From Ramazzottius varieornatus (Eukaryota; Animalia; Tardigrada), in the NCBI GenBank assembly GCA_001949185.1, contig BDGG01000004.1, positions 1,327,620-1,391,619 of the forward strand: a stretch of 64,000 bases of DNA, given 5' to 3'. Every line of letters begins with the position of its first letter. The stretch's first letter is position 1. A model generated the notes under the pieces. It was not told the DNA's origin, ran no database searches, and saw nothing but the letters and a program-made list of their open reading frames with translations. Of the stretch, positions 36,535 through 48,387 are shown piece after piece. The position numbers were made by a program, and so were the translations under genes.

Positions 36535-39500
36535 TCATGGGCGAGAGAGTACTCCTGTTATCCAGCTATAATAAAACTTGATTCGAGTGAAAACTGCTGG
36601 GCTAAACTGGGAAACTCCGTTCCAGTCCGGTCGACACTCAGTCCGACTGTAGCTGTAGATTCCCACGAGGCGATGTCTTCCGCCCATCCTCGCCACTAAA
36701 GGTGCTCCCAAGTCACCGTAAACCTGAAGACATAACTCCGTCAACCGTCAAATTTAGATCGATGACAGCAAACATTTCTGCGCTTTTTCTTATCAATATG
36801 TTCGTTCAGTTACCGCACAAAGAACCGGCTCCCCGCAGAGTGTTTCGTCCGGTACAGGGTTATGTTGTCCTCCCACTCGGCAGAACGACGAATGCAGAAG
36901 CCTTACTCTCTTTGGCGTCGAGACTATCGACTCGTTACGGTCCGGCTCTGAGAGCAAACGCAAAATTAGAAACGGGTGGCCGGCAAACAATCTCGGGAAG
37001 ATCATTATTTCAGGTGGCGCACGCCTCAGCCAGTAACAATGAAAACTGCGCCACTTGCAATAACAATCCTCCCAAGATCGTTTGCCGGCCTCCCAGACGA
37101 CGAAGTCGCTTTTCTAAAATTGGTTAGAGAATATCGTAGCGACGGACCTAGGTTAAGGCGTCCTCTGATGGCACCAGGAAGTTCGGGTTTGGTCGTCATA
37201 TTTTCGGTTCCAAGTCGAGGAACAAAGGAGTAGACTGCCGCCAAAGTGGTTGTAGTGTCTGTTTCCAGGAAGCTGTCGTCTTGGCTGCTCAGGCAAACCG
37301 GTACACGTTTAGTTAGCAAAGCAGGCGGCGGCGTGAACTTGACCAAGGCCAGATCGTTTCTAATCTCGCCTACGGAGAAGCGAGGATGGAAAACTATCTT
37401 TTCGGGAACCACTTCCACTCGTTCCGGGTAGACCGCATAATCCACTACGGGAGCATCCAGTTGGATTATCATGTCGTCCACATACCGAAATCTACACACA
37501 ACAAGCTTGATAGAAAGACAATTGACGCACAAAGATGACCAACGGAAAAGGACCGAATTTGCTTGTATTAATTCATTGTTGACTGCATTCAAAAGTACCT
37601 GTTGACACACTGGGCACTCGTTAAAATCCATCGTTTATCTATTAAGGTGCCACTACAAGCCAAGCGCCGGGACCTCGCGAAAATCGCCACGTGCCAAGAA
37701 TGGATGGTCTGTGGCTGGTCTTCGAAACTCACAGGCAGTCCGCCAACCTCTCCGGCTACATCCTCCATCCCACAGCCAACTGCCATAGAAAAGATAGACA
37801 TTAAAATCGGAACAACTGGCCAGTCAAGGAGTCAAGGGGTACTGGTAATGTTATGCATACATAGTCGGTTGCAAGCTTCATCCGACTCGTCACTTCCGTC
37901 TTCACAGTCCATGTTGCCGTCACACACTCTGGTTTCCTCGATACAAGTGGACGAAGAAGTGTCCTTCGGCGATGGTCTACGCAACGAGCTACATGACACG
38001 TGGTTCTCCGAAATACATGCTAGACCTGAAGTACCCAGGTAAGCCTTAAAAGTTATTCCGCAGTACATAACCAAAAAAACAGAGATTGTTTTGGGGCGGA
38101 CCTTCTGCATGTAACTGGAAACCCTTTGCAGTGTCACTCGAGTCAGTCACAAACCGAACTGAAATCTCGGAGCAAGGTGATCGATGCTGGACCGGACCAA
38201 GGTTTCCACAGAATCTTGTTATTCTTTGTATGCAGTGCTCGTGAACAGCGACATAGTCATGAACGCAACCGGTGCTATTCTCCAGGTCGAAGGAACCAGC
38301 ATTCAACCGGATGCCCAGTCCGTCCGTATTCCGGATGGTGATTTCGCAGATCTGGTTGTTCTCGTACTTCACCTCCGACATCATGCTAATTTCGGCATTG
38401 ACGCCTGCGGACACTGAATGCAGCTGGGAACAGTTTCCTCCTGCGGAAGGCTGTGTGATCTTACGGAAATACAATCAACGTTAGGATCTCGTCATATGGA
38501 TCATTGAGAGGTTCAGGTGAGAGATACCGGTTCGGTTTCGTTCCATGTCAATCGGAAACCCGCTCGATTACCCCGGTCGTCTGAACAAAACTCCACGACT
38601 ACGCGAGAACTGCTAGTTGTGTAGTCCCCTGGAGCGTAGCTACCACAGTATGGTCCTGCAGCAAGGAAGTGAAACAGTTGATGTTACCAATCAAGAAACG
38701 ATGAAATGCTCTATGGTGCTGTCTAGATGGGTTTCCGACAGGAGTCAAAAATCGGATCTTGCCTTTAAACGGAAGTGAGGTTTCTGAGCAGGGAGAAAAG
38801 CTGGCAATCTGCTGGTCTGTAAGGTTGTTGAAAACTAAAAGAGAAGCAGTAGGTACTCGTAGTAGGAAAGCTTGGTACGTTTCATCAAGGGCATCCTGAC
38901 TTACCTCGGACATAGTCGTACTCGCAACGCTCGGATGATTCCACCCAGAAACTTTCGTCATACTGGAGCGTGAGGACCTAAGGTAGACATGGAATATGGA
39001 GACATCCATCGTCCAGCGACTTTTCAACATTAGCAGCAAAATCAACGTACCTTTGTTGCATCCTCTGCATCGATTATCCATCTACATCTGGCTTCTGAGG
39101 CGTATTGACCATTGGGGTAGTTCTCATCGGTAGCGATTTGTCCCGTCGAATTTCTCAGAGACGCGGGTTGACTGCATCCATCTGTCACATAGTAAGAAAA
39201 AATCCGCGAATAAAGGAAATGCATTTACGCAGTTCTGTTTGGCTTTTTGGCAATTTTCGCATACCTGGATAACGGGAAGGTGGATTCACGATATCCGGGA
39301 AGACATACGAAGAGTTGCATGCAACAATGGAAACATCGTCGATGGCGATGTCAGAGCGGAAGAAATCGCCTTGGCTAACAAGAGTGGCTTCGAAAATAAG
39401 CTTTCAGGGAAAAAAATAGCCAGGTTATCCCATGCCATTATGGACCCATGAAGACCCACTGATCCGAACGTGAAACATACTTGGACACTGTCTGCGGTAC

Positions 39501-41368
39501 TGTCCATATGCCATTGCAGGAGGCGCCACCGGTCGCCTTGGTTCCCTGTGGCTTCCCACACGGCGAACGACGAATTCGGCCTATCACCGATATACGGTTG
39601 CTGCAGAACCCTGCAAACGAAATACCCGCCGATGACTGGAGGACTCATTTGAATATTAACCCCCCAGTTGGACGCTCTTACCGTAAAGTTCCCATCCCAC
39701 TACCGAACATGTGGTAGAAGAATTGCAAGCAGAGACCTTTCGTGTTATTGTCCAACAAGAACCGAGGTGAGAGTAGTGCAGCTCGATCACCTGGCATTTG
39801 TGGCTCAGACGACTCAATCAGCATGTAATAATCTGGAAAAGAAGAACATAATTTAGTATTGTACAGGCATTTCGTGACATAGACAGTAACCAGTGGATTA
39901 CGCAAGACGCACCGTTTGGTCCGCCCGTGGTGTGTCCATTTTGAGGACCGGTCATCTCGGTATCGGTTGGTCCATATCGCCGCAGCCAGTCGAAGTCATC
40001 GTCCACGGCCTGAGAAAACCCACATCGGTTGGTCTGGAAGCTGCACTCGAAAGGTAGGGAAGCTACAACATAAAAACAGTTCACTTAGGGTAACGTACTC
40101 GAACCAGGAAGTTGACAGTAGGCTTGATAGCTTGAAGACTTCAAGTTCGCTCAAGTAAATACCGATACCTACCAAAGTTCGAGGTGGAAGGATGTTCCAC
40201 AAACGGCGCACTGAGGTCGGGAACACTGATGTAAGACTCATCGGGAATACAAGTGGAGACAACCACGTCGTCAATAGCGGCATCTCCGTAAGCACCAGTA
40301 CCAACGACACCAACGATGTCGATCTGTCAATCGAAAAACCAGATAATCAGCATCATAGCAGATCACACAAATCTTTCGTTGGATGAAAACTTCGAGACCT
40401 GAATCAGCACCGAAGACGAGGCTTACCTGCGTGCGGGTGCCATTGGCTTTGAAAGTCAACTTGAGGGGTCTCCAAAAGTTGTCGTAGTCGCCTCTTCTCT
40501 CATATACTGTTCGGAATGGCCCGTTGTCTTCGAAGGCTACAGCTACTTGAATAGCTCCCATTTCTTCTCCCATCATGTGACTGCAAAAGACCCGGTCAGT
40601 TCCTTTCCCAGTTACATCGCAGGTCACAAAGAAATTCAGTTGAACACAAAGGGTCTCCGTTTAGAGCATACCTGTACATCGTCAAACAGATATCTATAAC
40701 CAGGAAGAAAGGCAAATGTCAGTCCGCTGTGAACGACAGCAACGGAGGAAACTTCAACAATTTTAATTACGTAAAAAATGATAACGTACCGCTTCCTTGT
40801 TCGACTTCGAGCAATGGACTGCGGAGCCGGCAAGCATCGTTGGGATCTCGAGGGAAAGATGCTTCCACAAACAGGTAGCCTTTCGCTCCTGTCAAGCCGA
40901 CCATCATTGCTTGGTTAAGCAAAAACTTTGAAGGAACTCGTTTTCTGCCAGTCAAAATTGCTTACCAGTTTGGCTCATGTCGCCTCTTGGTCCGGTGACT
41001 GCAAGAACAACATTTGGCCGATGCGGAGCTTCGTCAGTGATCATGATAATATTATGATCCGGCTTTTTGCCAGTCAGAGTGAGAAGAGCCCTACTCACAC
41101 AAAGACGGAGTCGTAGTATTGGACCACGTCCACTGGAACAGCCCAGGCTGGTGCGTCCAGTCACAAACATCGTTACGAAATCCGTCAAAATCACAGCTCG
41201 ATAGCGTTCGCCCTGCAGCACAGAACGTTCAGTTAAATTACTCAGCCTGCCTACTACCCTCAAAGGAACTCTCAAGGTTGAAGAGAAACTGGAAAGCTCA
41301 CCGTTTGTCAGCGCGAGAAACCCCGCCGCGACCAATATTCCAATATTCCAAGACATCAAAGAACCCAT
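36535..41368 (-). CDS. Secreted multidomain MAM-MAM-CUB-CUB-LDLa-trypsin-like serine protease homologue (catalytically dead)
   Basis: Signal peptide, MAM (CGFSQAVDDDFDWLR, CLQFFYHMFG, GNQGDRW), CUB (CVHDYVAV..RFCG..VRFVTDSS), LDLa (VCDGNMDCEDGSDE), protease fold CSGTLIDKRWILTSAQC / NDLALVK / GDLGAPL / VFTRI..Y.SWI. Confidence 0.8.
36978..37090. repeat. Palindrome family, copy 9: full 113-bp fold-back (core 37011-37057, 47 bp) in a protease-gene intron
   Basis: ggccggcaaacaatctcgggaagatcattatttcaggtggcgca ... tgcgccacttgcaataacaatcctcccaagatcgtttgccggcc; 44-bp arms with 7 mismatches. Confidence 0.9.
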
Positions 41369-41806
41369 TTCTGGTGACCCGGTGTTGGTCAGCGAACTGG
41401 AGAAAAATGCATTGAAGATATAGCACAGGACCAAACTGGAACATCCTACTATCCGCTGTCGCGAAGACGCAGATTATACGTCGACCGTTTCTTATCACTT
41501 GAACCTCAGTCGCGATATGATTTGCAGTTATGCGCAACAATACTTTACGAACCCAATAGCAAAGGACGTGAAAGCGATAGATGGTCGCACCGTGAACAGA
41601 TGTGCGGGAAGGTCGCAATAGTAAGTTAGGCAGAAAACAAATTCATCCAAAAAACTCACCCATTGCCCCAAAACGGGTCATCGGGTACAGGCAGCTACGC
41701 AGGAGCAGCTCTTGGCAGGAGATTCGAGAGCCAGTCGCACAAGAGTGGCGAACAGCTTGCATGAGAATGAAGAGATTAAAACAAAACAACGCGGGCTTTC
41801 GCAATT

Positions 41807-43215
41807 TCATCGCGATTCGAGATATTTCTTCTCTAGTTCGAAGTCGTAATCGAGCTGCGAAAACACGAAGCTTGTTCTTGAAGCAACCGACTAAAACTTC
41901 AAGCACTAACGAAAATTCAGAGTTTACCTCGTGTTGCATCTCCTCCCATGTTCGATATGGTATGAGCGGGACTGCTGAATGGTCTCGACGTCGATCCTGG
42001 GAACCCGGCGACAGATTGACGCGGAATGGAACGTCTTCTACTCCTCGATCCATTGCAGCTTCAAAAAGGAAAGATTTCGATAAGACTGACCAATGACGTT
42101 TAACGGCAGCTTACCGCTTCCGCCGGGTAGTTCTATCTCTCGAATTTTCATCGCTCTTGATGCTTGACGGGCTAACGAAGCCCCTGTTTGTGTGATCATG
42201 GAAGACCGTTGGGGAGCTTGGGCGTTGATCGTCTTCTTCTCTTCAGCAGCCGACGGTCGATCTGTCGGTGTGTCGAATGAATCCAGTATGCTTCTCCGCC
42301 TTAGCCTGTCTGTTCCACGAACGTCGTGCTGCTGTAATATGTACGCGGACCTACGAGGAAAGGCTCGATCAGCAAGTTGTACAGTAACTTCAGACTTCAG
42401 TTAAGCCAAGCTTCCCACTAAAGCATACCCAATCGAAGGACTGGGACTCTTGGTCGAATCTGGTGGTATAGGACCTCTCAGAAAGCAGAGAAGCAAACCA
42501 CCCACGTCTCTATAAGCCAAAGATCACTAAATCAGTACACAAAGGTAGAGATCAACAAAGCTAGTATAGGAAAGATTACCCGAAGAAGGTGTAGCCTTCC
42601 GGTGGAGTTCGCTTTCGGCTAAGGATGATCAAATCACAGATGGCTTCTGTCACGGAGAAGCGAGGAACCATGCGAACAACCAGCTGTTTCTTTCTGAGAG
42701 CCTTTTCTTCTACAAGCAAAATGTGGGCTTTGATATTACGCGGCAAGGAGCAACTACCGTGTGGAAGAGACCTACTGGTATCCTCGGTCAAATCAACCAC
42801 AGAACATCCGGCGGGGACAGGATCCTTCTCGTTGAGCAGAACGATATTTTGCAGCACGTTATTCAGTCGTCCCTGCAACAGAAGGTCTATGTAAGTCACC
42901 ATCCATACAAGCTTTCACTATGCGAGTAGCAAAATATAGAATGATAAGTGACGCACATTTTCCAAGGGGTAGAATCTTGTGAGACACATGTACCGTTCAT
43001 TCTTGGTCCCAAATATAGAATCTTTCCATAAGTCAGCATCTGCCGACTGATCATAAGATTTGTCAAGCTGCAAAATAATTAAAAAGCCATTAGAGATTAT
43101 GTGAAGCTAATTAGAGGTGGTGGATACATACGCATCGATAACCAATCGGGCACTGAAGTTTCTTTGCGACGATACATAATCCTGTAATCGGATCAAACTT
43201 TTGTAAATCCTCCAT
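41807..43215 (-). CDS. MVB12: ESCRT-I subunit MVB12 (MABP + UMA domains)
   Basis: PITGLCIVA...ADADLWKDSIFG...RYMCLTR, EKALRKKQL, AICDLIILSR..PPEGYT, UMA domain VEDVPFRVN...YDFELEK. Confidence 0.88.
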
Positions 43216-44436
43216 AGGGAGACGTAAGAGTGCTGACGGTGGATCGGGTCGTTCGAGGTGACTTCCGTGAGGGATGATCAGATTCAGTGGTTAATAGCGC
43301 GCTGACATGCGATACTCTAGATATCCGATTCTCGTTTTCGAAACTGGCGATGGCATCCCTGAACTGGTTGAAAAGGAGTTCCTTCAAACCTTCAGTCCAC
43401 CCTTCGCATCCTTCGATCCAGAATTCGTGAAGTTTCCGGCGTTTCCAGTATTCCAGAAGAGCCACCTAGGAAGTCCAGAGTATTTTGGCAACAAACAGGT
43501 GTTTGTTTTGATTGAAAGTACGGCGCTTTTCATTCATCTGATCAAGCGTCAAATCAACCATTCAACTATTCATTTGCACCTATTCAAGCCTTACGTTACT
43601 GCCTGACAGGTTTTCGTTACGAGGTAAACGACATAATTCGGGCAACGCGAAAAGTTTGAACATCATCGTCAACGATTGATTCATCTCTCATCGTACGCCT
43701 GTTGATACAACATTAGGGCTTATAACATTGGACAGACCCATGTCTCTCCCAGGCCAAATTCCCGTGATCCACAACGCTTTGTTGTTCTCAAACCTATTGA
43801 AACCTCCAGGAGAGGGATCCGTTTACCTCAGGAAACAAGAAGCAGTTCAGTACGCGCAGCAGGAGCTGAGTAAAAATATGCCCAAATTACGAGTGAAAAA
43901 CCACCATGCCCGAATTCTGTCGTTTACCTCGTATAGTTTGACATGTGAGGTACGAGTACCCCTTTGTGAGGTATCTCTTGTAAGATACTCCACACTAAAA
44001 CCCTAAAACGACTGAAGGGGTTCGATCAGAATTCAGAAGCGCAGTCGCACTAAGAATGTTATTACTTCAACGTTTCGCACCGAGAAGGCGTTCTGGAAAG
44101 TCTAACGGCATAACGAATAAAGAATAACATAAATAACAGGTGGATAAAAAAGGTGATTTCAAGAATAAAAATCTATGCTTAATCTTCCCCAGGTATAATA
44201 AAACAATAAGGCCTCTGCAAGATAATTTAAACAACATTCTCAACAGCCCAACTACTGTCCAGTGCCTCTACGCCAGAAGAAACTTCTGTACAGTTAAGTT
44301 AAACAAGAACATCGAGCTTGTGTGTGTTCGATGCAAACTATCTGAGCAACCGAGCCTTCCGTCGGAGAACTTCTTTCAAGAACTATGGACGGGTTCAGGA
44401 ACCTTTGGTGCGCGCGACTCTGAGCGGGAACTTGTC

Positions 44437-47400
44437 TCATCCCGGCGTTGTCTCACTCAGAAGCTGCTGCAAGAGGCTCTTGTTGTTACCGGGTTGATGA
44501 TGCGAGTGGCCAGTGCTACCCGGATGGCTGCTCATGGACATGAGATCACCTGAGGAGGAAGAAGAGGACAGGAGGTTGCCATATTGCTGATTATTCTGCT
44601 GCGACTGCTGCTGCTGTTGTTGCTGCTGTTGCTGCGAGCTCTGCCCTATTTGTGCTTGTTGTGAATCAGCAGAGTACACGCGGTACTGCTGATCGACCAT
44701 TTGCTGGTTCTGACTGAGACCATTCATGGTCGACCCGGCGTTTGAGCTATCGAAAAAGTCAAACTGCTGCTGGAAGGACTGCTCTTGCATACTGGGTGTG
44801 GTTATACGAGTGGCGGTTCCACCCACCATGCCGCCCGAAGCAGACTGATTTGCTTGGGCTTGCATGTCCCACCGAAACTGTTGTTGCTGCTGATTCAGCG
44901 CGGCCGGCGAACTGCTGAGAACCCCGTTCATCTGGAAGTTTGCGAAGTTTGGATCACCTACGAAGACAAGTCCGCTATAAGCTACAACCAGAATGAATGA
45001 CATGCGTTGGAATGTATCCGTTTTGTTTGTCACTTCCAACTCGATTTGGTTTAGTTTCCCTTTTGTGCCAGTTGAACCTTCGCAAACAAACTCGACAGGG
45101 CCATTTCTTTCGAGTGGCGCACACACTCGCCTAACGACATCGTAAGCGTGCGCCACTTGGGAAACGAATCTTGTAAAGTTTGTTGACCGAGCTGCCAGTT
45201 TATACGATGTCGGGCATGCTTGCCAACCCGGTGTCACATGACTCGACCTACAATTGATTAGTGCTGCAACGTCACGTGACGTCGGGGTGGCAAGCACAAC
45301 CGACGTGGTAGTATTTGGCACGTTTTGATATTTGGTTCGTTGATGGTATTTACTTGTATCGGAAAGGCCATTGGCGTAAGCTGACCGCATCATTTGAGTA
45401 TTCTGGCTTGCGTGGGTCATTCGTTGTTGAACAGGGACAGGACCTCGCGGGTAGAACTGAGCTGCGCCGGGACTAAAGCCATCTTGAGTGGCGGATGCCT
45501 GTTGCTGCATCTGCATAGCTTGTTGTTGTGCTGCTGCCGAGGCTGTCTGGAAGCGATGTTGCTGCATGGCTTGCTGGCTAGACTGCTGTTGTTGTTGCTG
45601 CTGTTGTTGCATCATCAGCTGTTGCTGTTGGGCAGAGAACTGTTGACTAGCGTAAGAAGAAGGACCGTTGGTCGGGCTCATAGACTGCAGCTGTGGCTGC
45701 TGTATCCACTGCATGCCACCTGGTCGCATCATTCGGGACGGGACGTTGGGGTGGCGCGGACTGAGAGGTTGAGTGGCCATTCCCACCTGAAACTGCATGT
45801 GTTGAGGAGGAGAAGCACTGTGATACGGCACGGTTTGTTGGTTAGGAAAGCGTATATTCTGCTGGAAAGAAACAAAAACAAATACCACCGTTACAACCTT
45901 CCCCCAACCACCACGGCCGCCACCTGTGTCACGGTTAGTTACGATAAGTACCGCCAATGTTATTCCCTTCGGCGACCATTCGCAGCTTGCTGATCTTGCC
46001 CTCCAAAACAGAAGCTTCTTTCTGAATTTCGAGAGAAACCATCGTAATACTTTTTGAACTGACGAATGAACCAAGAAAACTTTCGGAGAAAATTCACCTT
46101 TCCTTGTCGTCTTTACGACAGTGCATGTATTCACTGATGTCTGAGTCGATAGCAAGGTCAGAAAGCTGCGAGACTTAGCCTGATTAGACCGGTAGGTTAA
46201 AGAGCGTGACTAGGCATTTCAGTTCGTGCGCGATTAAAGTCTGTGGCATCGCAAGTAAGACCTTCTTCATCACTCTGAACATACCTGAGGAACGTTTTGG
46301 TATCCGCCGTTCATGACGGCGTAGCCTGAGCCCGGATGTCCAGCCGGGTTAGGCATGGAGATGGTTCTCGACAGTGTCACGTTTGGTGGTCCGTTGCTCA
46401 TTTGGATGCCTCCTTGTTGCTGGTTGACGCCGGCACCTGCCCCTTGTTGCTGCGCTTTGAGTTGCTTCTGGTACGAGTTTAACCTTAGCTGATGCCGTAC
46501 TGCCTGGCCCGGAAGCGGCATGGAGGTGGGGACAGGCGAAGTAATGCTCGGACGGGAAGCACTGCTCATCTGGTTGGGAATCAGCATGTGCCCACCAGGA
46601 CCAGCTAGTCGAGGCATCTGCATCATACCGTCAGGAGTAGGAGGAAAGGCGTTGGGTTGGCTCATCTGGCGGACCAGAGTCGGGCTGGGTCCGTTCATCG
46701 ACGAATACTTTTGAACCTATCAAACCCACAATACTTGTTTAATGAATGGGACCCAAACTCAACAAGATCGTTTTTTCCACGTGGCGCATAATTACAGACA
46801 GTAACACTGAGAGCGTGCGCCAGTTCAGCAAAAGATTTTATCGCTACGGGTAACGTTTGCCAAACATCCACAATACATTTTTCAGAACTACATATCGCTT
46901 CATTGGTCCTAACCTTGCTATTCTGTTTAATAAGCAGTTTGTAATTGAAACTCTAAGTGGTGACTGGACGGCTTACCATAGGACCTGGAGAGACCAGCGT
47001 GTTTTCTCGGTAGGGTATCGAGTCTTGTGCGAAGTTGGGGAAGGAGGAAGCACCACCAGGTAGGATGTCTTGCAGCAGTTGCTGCTTGATGTTGTCAATA
47101 GCGAGTTTATCACTTGGAGTCAGCGGATTTGAGTTCTGCTGGTCGGCGGCTGCCAGGTCCGAATCTTGTAGTTCACCCAAGATGCTAAAGAGCTCTGCGG
47201 TGTCCATGGGGTCCATAACCATCTGGCCGTTCCTGCCCAGCCCCATGTGGTCCATGTTGAGGAAGTCCGCTATCGCGTTCCTGTTTGACGAACGCTGACC
47301 AGGTGCAGGTAGTATCCGACTGTTCAAGTCCTTTGGAAGACTGTTCTGAGGTAAGTCGCCAGGTTTAGGTGCAGGGAGGTTGGACGGAAGGATTTCTGGT

Positions 47401-48387
47401 GGCTGCCGTGGCGTGTTCTGGAGGAGTCCAGCTAGCAAACGGTTCTTGTCGGAGAGCTTTGGTGGGTTATCTTGGTCAGCTTCATCCGTCTCTTCAATCT
47501 TCCTCTTGTTGGACCCACTCGAGTTACCCGAAGATATCTCCGTGAAGGTCGGCATCAGGGAAAAGTCTTGGTGCGAATTGGGAGACTCGTTCATGTAACG
47601 AACAGGCTTTATCTCTTCACCTGGAAAACAACCAAAACATGAACCATATATTCGCTCTGGACGAGCCAGTTCTCCAATTTACTCTACTGTAGGTCAAGTG
47701 GGAGCTTGGTAGAACCAACTAGACCAGATAGTTTTCCTGAGTGGCGCAGGTTTCCAGCCAATTTCACCAAGATTGTGTGCGCCACTTGGAAAAAGCGGCT
47801 CACGGTGTCTTGAGTGACGCACGTTTTTGGTAAAATTGACTGGACAGGTGCACCACTGGGAAAACTATCGGGAGTTCCGAAAAGCTCCGAAAATAAACCC
47901 GGGTACATTTTCGGAGCTCCCAATCAAACAAATTCAGTTATTTTCGCAAAAGAATTTCAAAATTTTTATGGTGAAATTCTGTAAGAGAGAATCCTTGCCT
48001 TTCAAGTCGGAGCTGTGGGTTGAGGCGAGGATCTGCCTTAGGAGTTGGCTCTGTTCCGCTGACTCGTTGTCCGGGTCGGAGGAGGAGAGGAGTGCTTTCA
48101 GTTCAAAATGAGAAGTTTGCTCGGACGAATGCAAGGAATTAATACTGCCCTCAAAGTGTGTCCAGTCGTTGAGTGAATGGTTGGAGGAGACTTCATTAAG
48201 AGAAGATGAGGAGTGGTTGGCATTGCGCGACGCCGTCGTTATGGAATGTGGAGATCCGCCTGGCCACTGAAAGTGCGTGCTGGTCACGGGCATTTCACCG
48301 CACTGCGACGAACCCGATCCCCCCAGATCCTGTGCACAATTGGAGATTGGAGACAAGGAGGCCGTCGGTTTGGAAACATCAGTATCC
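44437..48387 (-). CDS. 3' part of a p160/NCOA/taiman-like nuclear receptor coactivator (LxxLL motifs + poly-Q); 5' end not located
   Basis: LKALL, LLRQIL, LLAGLL and poly-Q tracts. The terminal KSLLQQLLSE resembles the SRC-1a C-terminal KSLLQQLLTE. Exons ~48387-47985, 47620-46976, 46716-46287, 45861-45354, 44957-44437. Confidence 0.65.
45111..45159. repeat. 49-bp palindrome family, copy 10 (coactivator intron)
   Basis: cgagtggcgcacacactcgcctaacgacatcgtaagcgtgcgccacttg. Confidence 0.8.
46778..46826. repeat. 49-bp palindrome family, copy 11 (coactivator intron)
   Basis: agatcgtttttt-c-cacgtggcgcataattacagacagtaacactgagagcgtgcgccagttc. Confidence 0.7.
47724..47872. repeat. Palindrome family, tandem copies 12 (47738-47788, 51 bp) and 13 (47811-47859, 49 bp) within shared outer arms
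   Basis: tgagtggcgca...tgcgccacttg then tgagtgacgcacgtt...gtgcaccactgg; outer arms gatagttttcc / ggaaaactatc. Confidence 0.75.
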
